Shown piece after piece: positions 15,090 through 24,131 of a stretch of DNA of 31,091 nt. The stretch is from Spirochaetales bacterium (lineage in GTDB: Bacteria > Spirochaetota > Spirochaetia > DSM-27196 > SKKC01). The stretch covers positions 1 to 31,091 of the forward strand of contig SKKC01000391.1 in NCBI GenBank assembly GCA_007121695.1. The letters run 5' to 3'. Every line of letters begins with the position of its first letter. Within the stretch, counting starts at the first letter, position 1. The position numbers were made by a program, and so were the translations under genes. Under the pieces are notes generated by a model. The model made no database searches, was not told the DNA's origin, and saw only the letters and a list, made by a program, of their open reading frames with translations.

Positions 15090-15850
15090 GAATGCGACGC
15101 GACGAACCAGTCTATCAGATACCGGGCCACACTCGATCGCGGGGGAATGTCGGGCAGCTCGTCCGGCCGACACCAGAAGGCATGGTCGATTTCAACGCCA
15201 TCCACCTGAATTTCGCCTGCCTGGTAGTCGCACACGAATGCGATCATGAGGCTGTCGGGGAATGGCCAGGGCTGACTGCGCATGTAGCGGATGTTCCCGA
15301 CGGTGATTCCCGTTTCTTCGGCGACCTCACGCGCTACGCACTCCTCGAGCGTTTCACCAGGTTCGACAAATCCGGCGATTACGCTGTAGTAGCGGGATGC
15401 GCGACGCGAGTTATGGGCGAGCAGCAGTCGGCCGTCGCGAACAACCGCCACGATTACGGCCGGAGAAATGCGCGGATACACCACCGATCCGCATGTGGGA
15501 CAGCGGCGTGCCACCTCCTCCCCGACACGCACCGTCTCCGTACCACAGCAGCCGCAGTAGCGGTGGGTTCGGTCCCAGTGCGCCAGGTGCACACCCCGGG
15601 CAGCGCAGCGAAAGTCCGCTTCCGGTACGCTCCGCATGAGCTCGCGCAGCGTGTGGCAGTCGTAGCCCTCGGGCACCTGCTGTTCCGCAGGTGCGGACAG
15701 CAGACCCATCCTGGCCCCCGACGAGCACAGCCCCAGATCAACCGCTGAGGCTGCATCCAGACCGAGGCTGTTCAGGTCGGTTTGTGCGAGCAATACCCGG
15801 CCCTCCCGGGATATCAGTTTATCTTCTACACGTACGATGTACACCTGCAC
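15086..15850 (-). CDS. nudC: NAD(+) diphosphatase (NADH pyrophosphatase)
   Basis: Zinc finger RYCGCCG...RRCPTCG..YPRISPAVI, Nudix box AGFVEPGETLEECVAREVAEETG, SQPWPFPDS. Start set at GTG 15850 (254 aa, the usual NudC size); the ORF-track start overlaps the divergent gene. ATG 15907 is an alternative. Confidence 0.93.
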   Translation of the reverse strand: MQVYIVRVEDKLISREGRVLLAQTDLNSLGLDAASAVDLGLCSSGARMGLLSAPAEQQVPEGYDCHTLRELMRSVPEADFRCAARGVHLAHWDRTHRYCGCCGTETVRVGEEVARRCPTCGSVVYPRISPAVIVAVVRDGRLLLAHNSRRASRYYSVIAGFVEPGETLEECVAREVAEETGITVGNIRYMRSQPWPFPDSLMIAFVCDYQAGEIQVDGVEIDHAFWCRPDELPDIPPRSSVARYLIDWFVASHS

Positions 15851-15856
15851 GCCAGC

Positions 15857-15886
15857 ATTGTAGTGCTCACGGGTCCTGTCCGCCAG
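15857..15886 (-). promoter_or_regulatory. Candidate promoter giving a leaderless nudC transcript
   Basis: Minus strand CTGGCG-N18-TACAAT followed by 6 nt and the GTG start. Confidence 0.45.
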
Positions 15887-15895
15887 GGGGGAAAC

Positions 15896-15924
15896 TTGAC
15901 ACTGCATATGACGCTCCATAGACT
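15896..15924 (+). promoter_or_regulatory. Near-consensus sigma70 promoter of the HD-GYP gene
   Basis: TTGACA (15896-15901)-N17-TAGACT (15919-15924). Confidence 0.7.
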
Positions 15925-15941
15925 TGATTACAGAACAGCAT

Positions 15942-17186
15942 ATGACGTCTTCCGAACAGAAACTCCGTGATATTCTACAGCTCGACGCGGAACTCAATCG
16001 TATACAGGACGTCGACATCCTGCTCGAGCGTATTCTCTCCGAAGCGCGCAGGGTTTCAAGTGCCGACGCCGGAAGCATTTACGTCCGGCGCGAAGACGAG
16101 CTTCTGATCAGCTACGCGCAGAACGACACGCATCAGGCCAAGCTGCCACCGGGGCATAAACTCATTTACAATGTCTTTACCGTCCCGATAAGCCGCAAGA
16201 CCATCAGCGGCTACTGTGCGGCGACGGGAGAACAGGTAAACATTCCAGATGTATACGAGATTCCGGACGAGGCTCCGTACGGCTTCGACCCGTCCTACGA
16301 CCGGATCAGCAAGTACCGCTCCAAGTCCATGCTCGCCATTCCGCTCCGCGACCAGAACGGCACGATACTCGGCGTAATCCAGCTTATAAACAAGAAGAAC
16401 CCCGACGGTTCTGTCGGGGAGTTCGATGCAGATGACGAACTCATTACCATGCATTTCGCCACAAACGCGACGGTCGCGCTGCAACGGGCACAAATGACCC
16501 GCGCCATAATCCTTCGCATGATCCGCATGGCAGAGCTGCGCGATCCGAAGGAAACCGGGCCCCACGTAAACCGGGTGGCGGGCTATTCGGTGGAAATCTA
16601 TGAGCGCTGGGCGCAGAAAAAAGGCTACGATCAGGCGCAGATAGACCGGGCGCGTGACAACCTTCGAATGGCGGCCATGCTCCACGACGTGGGAAAAGTG
16701 GCCATCTCCGATGCCATTCTCAAGAAACCGGCGAAGTTCACCGACGAAGAGTTCAACATCATGAAGACCCACACCTGGATGGGCGCACGGCTCTTCGCCG
16801 ACAGGCAGTCGGAGTTCGACGACATCGCCGCAGAGGTCGCGATCAGTCATCACGAAAGCTGGGACGGTACGGGCTATCCCGGGAAGATCGATGTCAATAC
16901 TGGCGAACCCTACGAGACGGACGACAGCGGGCGTCCCGTAGGGTTCAGAGAAGACGAGATTCCGATCTACGGGAGAATCGTATCGATTGCGGACGTGTAC
17001 GATGCGCTCAGTTCGCGCAGGGTCTACAAACAGGCCTGGTCCGAGGACGATGTCATAGACGAGATCAAAAAACTCAGCGGAATAAAGTTCGACCCGGACG
17101 TCGTTGAGTGTTTTCTCGAAGTACTGCCGAACATCCGGCAGATTACGGAAAAATACAAGGACCCCGAACCACCAGCAGGCGAATGA
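15942..17186 (+). CDS. GAF + HD-GYP domain protein (predicted c-di-GMP phosphodiesterase)
   Basis: N-terminal GAF (SADAGSIY, YRSKSMLAIPL, GVIQLINK); ETGPHVNRV, MLHDVGK, HHESWDGTGYP, IADVYDAL..RRVYK. ATG 15942 chosen because TTG 15924 lies within the -10 box. Confidence 0.93.
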   Translation: MTSSEQKLRDILQLDAELNRIQDVDILLERILSEARRVSSADAGSIYVRREDELLISYAQNDTHQAKLPPGHKLIYNVFTVPISRKTISGYCAATGEQVNIPDVYEIPDEAPYGFDPSYDRISKYRSKSMLAIPLRDQNGTILGVIQLINKKNPDGSVGEFDADDELITMHFATNATVALQRAQMTRAIILRMIRMAELRDPKETGPHVNRVAGYSVEIYERWAQKKGYDQAQIDRARDNLRMAAMLHDVGKVAISDAILKKPAKFTDEEFNIMKTHTWMGARLFADRQSEFDDIAAEVAISHHESWDGTGYPGKIDVNTGEPYETDDSGRPVGFREDEIPIYGRIVSIADVYDALSSRRVYKQAWSEDDVIDEIKKLSGIKFDPDVVECFLEVLPNIRQITEKYKDPEPPAGE

Positions 17187-17197
17187 CCGCGCGGGTC

Positions 17198-17224
17198 GGA
17201 ACCGCCGCCGACGGCGGCGATTCC
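17198..17224. terminator. Stem-loop between convergent genes, candidate bidirectional terminator
   Basis: GGAA-C-CGCCGCC-GAC-GGCGGCG-A-TTCC hairpin in the 48-bp gap between the HD-GYP and pntB stops; no clear U-tract. Confidence 0.5.
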
Positions 17225-17234
17225 GGTACGTTGT

Positions 17235-18635
17235 TTATGCTTCCTTGTAGGCCTGAACAAGATCGTCGAGCGCCTTCTTTCCATCACCAAAATACATCAG
17301 TGTGTTGTCGAGCGCGAAGAGGGGATTCGCTATACCGGCGAACCCCGGACTCAGACTTCGTTTGATAACCACCACCGTACGCGACTTGTCCACGTCGAGA
17401 ATTGGCATGCCCGAAATTGGCCCTCCAGCTTCACGAGCTGACGGATTCACGACGTCGTTCGCACCAATAACAATGCTGACGTCGGTATTCTTGAAGGTCG
17501 GATTGATCTGATCCATTTCCTTCAGCTTGTCGTAGCTGATCGCTTCCTCGGCAAGCAGTACGTTCATGTGGCCGGGCATGCGTCCGGCAACCGGATGTAT
17601 GCCGAACTCGACCGTGATATCGTCGGCTTCCATTGCCTCGGTCAGCTGCCGCACGGCCGACTGCGCCCGGGCCACAGCCATGCCATAGCCTGGTACAAAC
17701 ACGACCCGTCGCGCCGTCTTCAGAATCATTGCCACTTCGTCGGCGTTCGTGCTCTTGATCTTTCCGTCGTAGATATCGTCAGTCGCAGCCTTTTCAGGGA
17801 TGGCTCCCATGCCTCCGAAGAGAACGTTCGCAAGCGAACGGTTCATGGCCTTGCACATGATCTGCGTCAGGATAATGCCGGACGCTCCTACCAGCGATCC
17901 CGACACGATCAGAATCGTGTTGGAGAGGACGAAACCGGTCGCGGCAGCGGCCAGTCCCGAATAGGAGTTCAGGAGCGCAATGACAATGGGCATGTCGGCT
18001 CCGCCAATGGGAACAACGAGCAGAAGGCCAAGCAGACCCGCAACCGCTGTGAGAATCCAGAACAGCGACATGTCAGCGGGCTCGAGAATAACCATGACTG
18101 CACCTGCAACGGTCAGGCCTGCGACGAGGATCTTGACGATCTGTTCGCCGCGGTAGCGGACCGGCTGCTCGGTCACGAGGCCCTGCAGCTTCGCAAACGC
18201 GACAACCGAGCCGGTGAAGGTAACCGCACCAATGATCGCACTCAGAACCGTTGCAATGGAGACCTGCAGCGACAGTTCTCCGGCTCCCGCGCCGCTGATA
18301 ATTCCGACTGCCTGCATGAGCGCAGCAGCTGCAACCAGCACAGAAGCGCCACCGCCGAAGCCGTTAAACAGCCCGACAAGCTGCGGCATCGCAGTCATTT
18401 TGATCGTCAGCGCGAGCACTGCCCCGAGCGCTGCTCCGCCCGCCATACCGGCAATGAGCACCGGTCCGTTGAGCATCTGCTGATCTACGAGCGTCACGAC
18501 GACGGCAATGAGCATGGCAATAGCGCCGAGCAGGTTGCCGCGAACAGCGCTTCGCGGATGCGTCAGACCTTTCAGTCCCAGAATAAAGAGTACCGCAGCT
18601 ATGAGATACGCAAGATTTACAAAATCGAATTCCAT
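17235..18635 (-). CDS. pntB: NAD(P) transhydrogenase subunit beta
   Basis: MPQLVGLFNGFGGGAS, GGADMPIVIALLNSYSG, VPGYGMAVARAQ, HPVAGRMPGHMNVLLAE, GANDVVNP. Confidence 0.97.
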   Translation of the reverse strand: MEFDFVNLAYLIAAVLFILGLKGLTHPRSAVRGNLLGAIAMLIAVVVTLVDQQMLNGPVLIAGMAGGAALGAVLALTIKMTAMPQLVGLFNGFGGGASVLVAAAALMQAVGIISGAGAGELSLQVSIATVLSAIIGAVTFTGSVVAFAKLQGLVTEQPVRYRGEQIVKILVAGLTVAGAVMVILEPADMSLFWILTAVAGLLGLLLVVPIGGADMPIVIALLNSYSGLAAAATGFVLSNTILIVSGSLVGASGIILTQIMCKAMNRSLANVLFGGMGAIPEKAATDDIYDGKIKSTNADEVAMILKTARRVVFVPGYGMAVARAQSAVRQLTEAMEADDITVEFGIHPVAGRMPGHMNVLLAEEAISYDKLKEMDQINPTFKNTDVSIVIGANDVVNPSAREAGGPISGMPILDVDKSRTVVVIKRSLSPGFAGIANPLFALDNTLMYFGDGKKALDDLVQAYKEA

Positions 18636-18645
18636 GAACAGACCC

Positions 18646-18924
18646 CTACTTCCTGAACTTCTTGAGCATGCGGTGCGTCACGAGAAAACCGCCAACGACG
18701 TTGGTCGTCGCGAACACGAGCGCGGTCACACCAAGCACGGCCGCAAGCGGCCCGCTTCCGGATCCGCTCGCCACTATCGCCCCTACGAGCGTTATACCGG
18801 ATATCGCGTTCGATCCGGACATGAGCGGGGTATGCAGAATGGGCGGTACCTTGGTAATTACTTCAAACCCGACAAATACAGCCAGGGCGAAAATGGTCAA
18901 TATCATTACAAAACTGGTGTCCAT
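18646..18924 (-). CDS. pntAB: NAD(P) transhydrogenase subunit alpha, part 2 (membrane)
   Basis: KVPPILHTPLMSGSNAISGI, NVVGGFLVTHRML. Confidence 0.95.
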   Translation of the reverse strand: MDTSFVMILTIFALAVFVGFEVITKVPPILHTPLMSGSNAISGITLVGAIVASGSGSGPLAAVLGVTALVFATTNVVGGFLVTHRMLKKFRK

Positions 18925-18931
18925 GCTGTTT

Positions 18932-20074
18932 CTACTCCTTTTCGTATGCAGCCTTCAGAAACTGACCGCGGATTTCGCCATCGTGAATGACCAGCGTGGA
19001 ATCGGTGATCTCGTCTTCCAGGTCGACAGTCAACTCACCCTCGCGCACGATGTTCTGCAGGAAGGTAACCATGTTCTTGCTGTACAGCTGCGAGGCGCTT
19101 CCGGCCATCTCCGACACGAGATTCAGCGGGCCGATAATTGTCACGCCGTGCGCAACGACCGTTTCTCCCGGTTTCGTCAGCTCGCAGTTCCCTCCCCGTT
19201 CGGCGCCGAGGTCGACAATGACGGAGTTCGGCTGCATGCCGGCTACCATTTCGGCGGTGACAAGTCGTGGGGCAGGTTTACCGGGTACGGCTGCCGTTGT
19301 AATGACAACATCACTTTCGGCGAGTACGGTTTTCATCATCTCCCGCTGCTTTTCATAAAACGTCTCGTCCATTTCCTTCGCGTAGCCACCAGAGCCTTCC
19401 GCGCTGTCGCCAAGGTCCAGTTCCACGAACTTCGCCCCGAGGCTTTCTGCCTGTTCCTTCGCGGCGCTGCGAACATCGTAGGCGCTGACCACCGCCCCGA
19501 GACGCTGTGCCGTCGCAATGGCCTGCAGCCCCGCGACCCCCACGCCGACGATAAACACTTTCGCCGGAACTATGGTTCCGGCTGCGGTCATCATCATCGG
19601 GAACATTTTCGGCAAGGTGGTCGCCGCGGTCAGAACCGCCTGATACCCCGCGAGGTTTGCCATGGACGACAGGACGTCCATGCTCTGCGCGCGGGTTATG
19701 CGTGGAACAAGCTCGAGCGAAAACAGGGATGCCTTTCCCTGGACCATTGTGTCGAAGGATTCGTGTTTCCGGTACGGGTCCGCCATGCCGACCCAGATCT
19801 GTCCTGCATGACCAACTTCGGCAGCAGCACCACCGTCCGCCGAGGCGGCACATCTGACGCTTGCAATGACATTGCTTTCTGCGACAATGGCTGCCCGGTC
19901 GCCACGGACCGCGCCTTTTTCCTCGTACTCGCTGTCGGCGTAACCCGCCGCCGCACCCGCACCTGTTTCAAACCGCACTTCACAGCCGATTTTCTGCAGC
20001 AGGGAGACATGCGCCGGGACAATGGCAACACGTTTCTCGCCGGGTGCTGTTTCTTTAAGCACACCTACAATCAT
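18932..20074 (-). CDS. pntAA: NAD(P) transhydrogenase subunit alpha, part 1 (NAD-binding domain I)
   Basis: GEKRVAIVP, RITRAQSMDVLSSMANLAGY, FPMMMTAAGT, GVGVAGLQAIATA, GGYAKEM, GGNCELT. Confidence 0.96.
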   Translation of the reverse strand: MIVGVLKETAPGEKRVAIVPAHVSLLQKIGCEVRFETGAGAAAGYADSEYEEKGAVRGDRAAIVAESNVIASVRCAASADGGAAAEVGHAGQIWVGMADPYRKHESFDTMVQGKASLFSLELVPRITRAQSMDVLSSMANLAGYQAVLTAATTLPKMFPMMMTAAGTIVPAKVFIVGVGVAGLQAIATAQRLGAVVSAYDVRSAAKEQAESLGAKFVELDLGDSAEGSGGYAKEMDETFYEKQREMMKTVLAESDVVITTAAVPGKPAPRLVTAEMVAGMQPNSVIVDLGAERGGNCELTKPGETVVAHGVTIIGPLNLVSEMAGSASQLYSKNMVTFLQNIVREGELTVDLEDEITDSTLVIHDGEIRGQFLKAAYEKE

Positions 20075-20162
20075 GATGAGATACTCCTTTTGGGTTCAGT
20101 CGTGAACGTGGAGAGTCTAACAGGTTATCGATCAAGAAACCATGCTCTGATCCACACCCTCA

Positions 20163-21662
20163 CTATTTTTCGTGATGCAGGATCAAATCTGAGACGATTT
20201 TGCCACCGGAAACAACCAGGGGCATGCCCCCGCCGGGGTGGCAGCTTCCGCCGCAGAAATACAGCCCGTGATACCGTTTCGAACGGTTGGGATGCCGGAG
20301 AAAGGCAGCCGTTCTGCTGTTCGATGAGATGCCATAGAGCGATCCGCGGTAGCTGCTTGTGCGCTCGGCAATGTCAGCGGGCGTCATGACCGCTTCGGTC
20401 TCGATATGTTTCTCTACGTCGACGCCGATTCGCGAAGAAATCGTTGCCAGCGCAGTTTTGCGGACACGCTCGGCCTCTGCAGACCAGTCCTGACCATTAT
20501 CGTACGGCGCGTTTACAAGCACAAACCAGTTCTCGCCGTGATCGGGTGCGTCGGCAGGCGACGACTTGGAGGTAATGTTCACGTATACGGTCGGATCGTC
20601 CGGGCAGACGCCTTCTTCGAAGATCTGCCTGAACTCGCTGCGGTAGTCCCGGGAGAAGAAAATATTGTGATGCGAGAGCTCCGGACACTCGCGGCCAACG
20701 CCCCAGTAGAATACGAGTGCCGACGAGCTCGGCTCAAGCGACTCGTACCTCAGGAGTTCGGGCGCATCGGGCTCTGAAAGAAGATCGCGATACGCGATGG
20801 TGACGTCGGCGTTACAGACGACTGCCTGCGCGGGTACGTGAGCCCCGTTCACGCTGACCCCGGTTACCCTGCGACGACGTTTGTCCTGACGCCAGGTTAT
20901 CTGTTCCACCCGCTCGCCACGGTGTATGTGAACGCCAAGTTCGCGGGCAAGCTGTTCCAGCGCCCGCGGAATCGCGTGTATACCGCCTTCCACGGCGTAC
21001 GCACCGCCCCGGTATTCGACGTGCGGAATAATGTTCAGGGTTGCCGGGGTCTGAAAAGGGTCCGATCCGTTATAGGTCGCGTAGCGCTCGAACAGTTGCC
21101 GGGCGTGGGGCGTTTCGAAGTGGCGTTCTACCGACTGCGCCATGGTCCGCAGCGGGTCAATGCCGGGCAGACGGAGCAGAGACGCAAGAAAACCGAAGCG
21201 TACATAGGACGATGCTTCATGCAGGCTCCGGTTCAGAAACATATCCGCGGCAATGGAATAAATGCGACTGGAATAGTCGAGAAATCGCTTGAGGTTCGCC
21301 GGATTCTCGCCCGCCCGTTCGTGTAACTCCCGTGCAAACCGTTCCTCGTCGGCCCAGGCGCTCAGAGAAACGCCGTCGGGGTAGAAGTACCGGCAGACCT
21401 CCGGGAGCGGGATCAGCGTGACGTAGTCTGCCAGATCACGGCCTGCCACACGAAACAGATCCTCGAACACCCCCGGCATGGTTACCAGAGACGGTCCGGT
21501 ATCGAAACGATACCCGTCGCGTGTCATAGTGCCGGCCTTACCGCCGACGTAGTCCGATCCGTCGTATACAGCCACCTGCCAGCCCCGTGCAGCGAGTCGG
21601 ATCGCCGCCGAGAGTCCGCCAAGTCCTGCGCCAATAACTACAGCTACACGTTTATCGTTCAT
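20163..21662 (-). CDS. Phytoene desaturase family carotenoid dehydrogenase (CrtI/CrtD-like)
   Basis: VIGAGLGGLSAAIRLA, GYRFDTGPSLVTMP, ATYNGSDPF..PA, PSSSALVFYWG, HHNIFFS, DPTVYVNI, GGSCHPGGGMPLV. Confidence 0.88.
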   Translation of the reverse strand: MNDKRVAVVIGAGLGGLSAAIRLAARGWQVAVYDGSDYVGGKAGTMTRDGYRFDTGPSLVTMPGVFEDLFRVAGRDLADYVTLIPLPEVCRYFYPDGVSLSAWADEERFARELHERAGENPANLKRFLDYSSRIYSIAADMFLNRSLHEASSYVRFGFLASLLRLPGIDPLRTMAQSVERHFETPHARQLFERYATYNGSDPFQTPATLNIIPHVEYRGGAYAVEGGIHAIPRALEQLARELGVHIHRGERVEQITWRQDKRRRRVTGVSVNGAHVPAQAVVCNADVTIAYRDLLSEPDAPELLRYESLEPSSSALVFYWGVGRECPELSHHNIFFSRDYRSEFRQIFEEGVCPDDPTVYVNITSKSSPADAPDHGENWFVLVNAPYDNGQDWSAEAERVRKTALATISSRIGVDVEKHIETEAVMTPADIAERTSSYRGSLYGISSNSRTAAFLRHPNRSKRYHGLYFCGGSCHPGGGMPLVVSGGKIVSDLILHHEK

Positions 21663-21701
21663 GGTATGTCGCCTACACTCCTGAGTCGGAATCCCGTCGG
21701 G

Positions 21702-23243
21702 CTACTGCGCCGAAGCGCGTATGTCCTCTACCAGGGCACGATGCGCCTCGGTTCCGAGCGCCGACTGATCCTCCGGTAGCCATCGATCAGACTCGAACAG
21801 ACCCCTCAGATACTTGGCTTCGAGAATTCGCTGCGCCGATGCTTCGATTCGATTCGCCGTCAGCACCCCCTGTGCGACCGCGTCGCGAATCGCGTTTCGT
21901 GCGACCACTGCATTGCGTGGCTGCAATAGAATATCGCTCCCTGCATCCACAGCGGCAACTGCCAGCTCTGCGGTCGAAAACCGGGAGGTAACAGCCTCCA
22001 TGACGAGACTGTCTGTAACAATCAGGCCATCGAATTCCATATCCTGACGGAGCAGCTCTTCGAGCGCCGCGCGGCTCAGCGTAACCGGCAGGTCGGAGCC
22101 GAACACGTTCGGTACGTCGATGTGTGCCGACATTATTCCATCCACGCCTGTCGCTATAGCGCGCCGGAACGGAAGCAGTTCGATCGTTTCAAGGCGCTCG
22201 CGGTCGTGCGGAATTACGACACGCTGCACGTGGCTGTCTTCGTAGCTGTCACCGTGACCCGGAAAGTGTTTTACCACCGAGAGGACGTGCTCGCTTTGTA
22301 ACCCGGCGATCATCTGCTCGACCATGTCGGATACGCGATGCGGGTCTGTACCGAATGCCCGCGAGCCGATAACCGTGTTCGCCGGGTTCGTAAGCACGTC
22401 GGCGACAGGTGCGAGGTTCATGTTGATGCCGAGCGCTCGTAACTCGCGGGCGATGGCCTGGCCGACACGAAAGGCATACTCCGGGTTTCCGGTGCGACCG
22501 ATTACCTGGGCAGACGGAAAACGTGTCGCGGTCATGTCAGCGCTGTTTGTCAGCCTGCTGACGACACCGCCTTCCTGATCGACTGCCACGAACAGAGGTG
22601 TACTCGACAAGGCCTGCAGCGCGGCAATAAACGTACTGGTCTGGACAGGATCGGCGATATTCTGGCCGAACAGGATCAGCCCGCCCGGTTGTACGTCCGC
22701 AAGCTCCGTGCGTATGCGATCGGTCACGGCCCGGACGGGCACGGTCCCGGTATCGAAGATGTACGCCGGCATGATCATCTGCCCGATCTGCTCGTCGAGG
22801 GACATGTTCGCGACGCGCTGAGCGGCGAGCAGTCGTGCCCGCTCGCGACGCAGTGCATCGGTCAGCGACGGGTCGTCGAACGAAAGATCAGTAATGGATA
22901 CTTCAACCGGTCGATCGGCTTCAGAACCCGGAAAAACCGGCAGCACAGCGAGGTCCGAGTCGCGGTCTCGTGCTTCGTCTCCGGACGGAGTTTCGCCCGA
23001 CGGCGCAGTCGGCTCGGCATCCTGGTCAGGAGTTTCGTCCTGTTGCGGTGCGTCGTCCTGTTCGGGTGCTTCATCCGGTTCCCGCGACTCATCCGGTGCC
23101 GGAGGCTGTTCGTGTTCCGGCGCCTGTGCGGGGTGTCCATTGCTGTCCGGTGAATCGCTGTCCGGAACCGGTGCGCTCGCGCAGGCAGCAAACACGTACA
23201 GGGCAAGCAGACAGGGGAGTACACGTCGCGACAGATTCAACAC
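21702..23243 (-). CDS. nagZ: GH3 beta-N-acetylhexosaminidase (NagZ-type), predicted lipoprotein with a long acidic linker
   Basis: Lipobox FAAC (Cys21); VAVDQEGGVVSRL; NLAPVADV; RAFG; KHFPGHGDSYEDSH (NagZ-specific motif); nucleophile in VTDSLVM. Confidence 0.85.
   Translation of the reverse strand: MLNLSRRVLPCLLALYVFAACASAPVPDSDSPDSNGHPAQAPEHEQPPAPDESREPDEAPEQDDAPQQDETPDQDAEPTAPSGETPSGDEARDRDSDLAVLPVFPGSEADRPVEVSITDLSFDDPSLTDALRRERARLLAAQRVANMSLDEQIGQMIMPAYIFDTGTVPVRAVTDRIRTELADVQPGGLILFGQNIADPVQTSTFIAALQALSSTPLFVAVDQEGGVVSRLTNSADMTATRFPSAQVIGRTGNPEYAFRVGQAIARELRALGINMNLAPVADVLTNPANTVIGSRAFGTDPHRVSDMVEQMIAGLQSEHVLSVVKHFPGHGDSYEDSHVQRVVIPHDRERLETIELLPFRRAIATGVDGIMSAHIDVPNVFGSDLPVTLSRAALEELLRQDMEFDGLIVTDSLVMEAVTSRFSTAELAVAAVDAGSDILLQPRNAVVARNAIRDAVAQGVLTANRIEASAQRILEAKYLRGLFESDRWLPEDQSALGTEAHRALVEDIRASAQ
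23022..23093 (-). repeat. Imperfect 18-bp (6-aa) tandem repeat in the NagZ linker
   Basis: DESREP-DEAPEQ-DDAPQQ-DETPDQ (aa 51-74). Confidence 0.6.
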
Positions 23244-23258
23244 CGGACCCCACTCCTC

Positions 23259-24089
23259 TTACTTCGCGAGACTGTGAAACCGGCCGCCCGATCGATTGAT
23301 AATTCGGTCAACGAGTCTCGGCGCAAGACGATCGAGGGTGAGCAGCAGCCACCCCTTGGGCGTCAGGATGCGACGATATTTCCGTTTACATATCATGGAC
23401 AGAATTTCGGCGGCCACGTCGCGCTGGGTCATATCGTGTTTGCGTTTGGAGTGCATGACAGACCCGTCTGCGTTGTAAATTTCCTTGTCCGGGTCGTTTT
23501 CCGTGAACCCGACGTAGATAATTCCGACGTGGAGCCCCGTATTCGCAGTCTCGGCCCGAATGGACTGCGCGAGGGCGGTCAGCGCCATTTTTGCCGCCGA
23601 ATAAATCGAAATTCCCGGGAAGCCGCGCATGCCGGACACGCTCGACACAAAGAGCACGCTTCCCGAGCGCGAAAGCAGATCCTGAAAAAAGGCCTGTGTC
23701 GACAGCGAAGCTCCAATGACGTTTGTGCGCATGACGCTTTCGAGTACGTCGGTTTTTATGTCGCCGAAGGCGCCGCGCATCGACGTACCAGCGTTGTTGA
23801 TTAGAATATCGCAACCCGTGTGCTCGTCGGCAGCGCGTTTCAGGGCCTGTGAGGTCGCCGGATCGCAGATATCCCCGACAACGGTCGAAACAGTGCCGCC
23901 CTTCGCCCGGAGCGATTCCGCCACCGCCTGCAGTTTGGTTTCGTTTCTTCCGTGGATGACCACCCTGGCCCCCGCCTCGACGCACAGATGCGCGGTTTCA
24001 CGACCAATGCCGCGGCTGGAACCTGTGATAACGACCGTTTTACCCGCCAGCGTACGAAAACGGCGAGCGAGAGAAGAGGATTCCGACAT
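23259..24089 (-). CDS. SDR family oxidoreductase
   Basis: TGSSRGIG, LINNAG, VSSVSG, YSAAK; SD AAGGAG before ATG. Confidence 0.93.
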   Translation of the reverse strand: MSESSSLARRFRTLAGKTVVITGSSRGIGRETAHLCVEAGARVVIHGRNETKLQAVAESLRAKGGTVSTVVGDICDPATSQALKRAADEHTGCDILINNAGTSMRGAFGDIKTDVLESVMRTNVIGASLSTQAFFQDLLSRSGSVLFVSSVSGMRGFPGISIYSAAKMALTALAQSIRAETANTGLHVGIIYVGFTENDPDKEIYNADGSVMHSKRKHDMTQRDVAAEILSMICKRKYRRILTPKGWLLLTLDRLAPRLVDRIINRSGGRFHSLAK

Positions 24090-24108
24090 TCACTGTACTC
24101 CTTTCGGG

Positions 24109-24117
24109 ATTGTAGCA
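24109..24117 (-). promoter_or_regulatory. Extended -10 promoter for the SDR gene
   Basis: TG-C-TACAAT about 20 nt upstream of the ATG. Confidence 0.45.
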
Positions 24118-24131
24118 CGGTCGGGACCGGA

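Noticed and set aside
15904-15947. 10-bp direct repeat GCATATGACG (15904-15913 and 15938-15947)
   Set aside because: Only two short copies, one inside a promoter spacer and one on a start codon; compatible with chance and not a CRISPR or iteron array.
15851-16078. ORF-track N-terminal extensions of nudC (to 16078), and likewise MATE (6147), aspS (7429), gatB (9860), rhomboid (25838) and prenyl synthase (29890)
   Set aside because: The extensions overlap neighbouring genes or promoters and add non-homologous sequence; downstream starts give family-typical lengths.
17235-20074. Split transhydrogenase alpha subunit as a frameshift or pseudogene
   Set aside because: The three-gene pntAA-pntAB-pntB arrangement is a well-known natural architecture, and each gene has its own start and SD.
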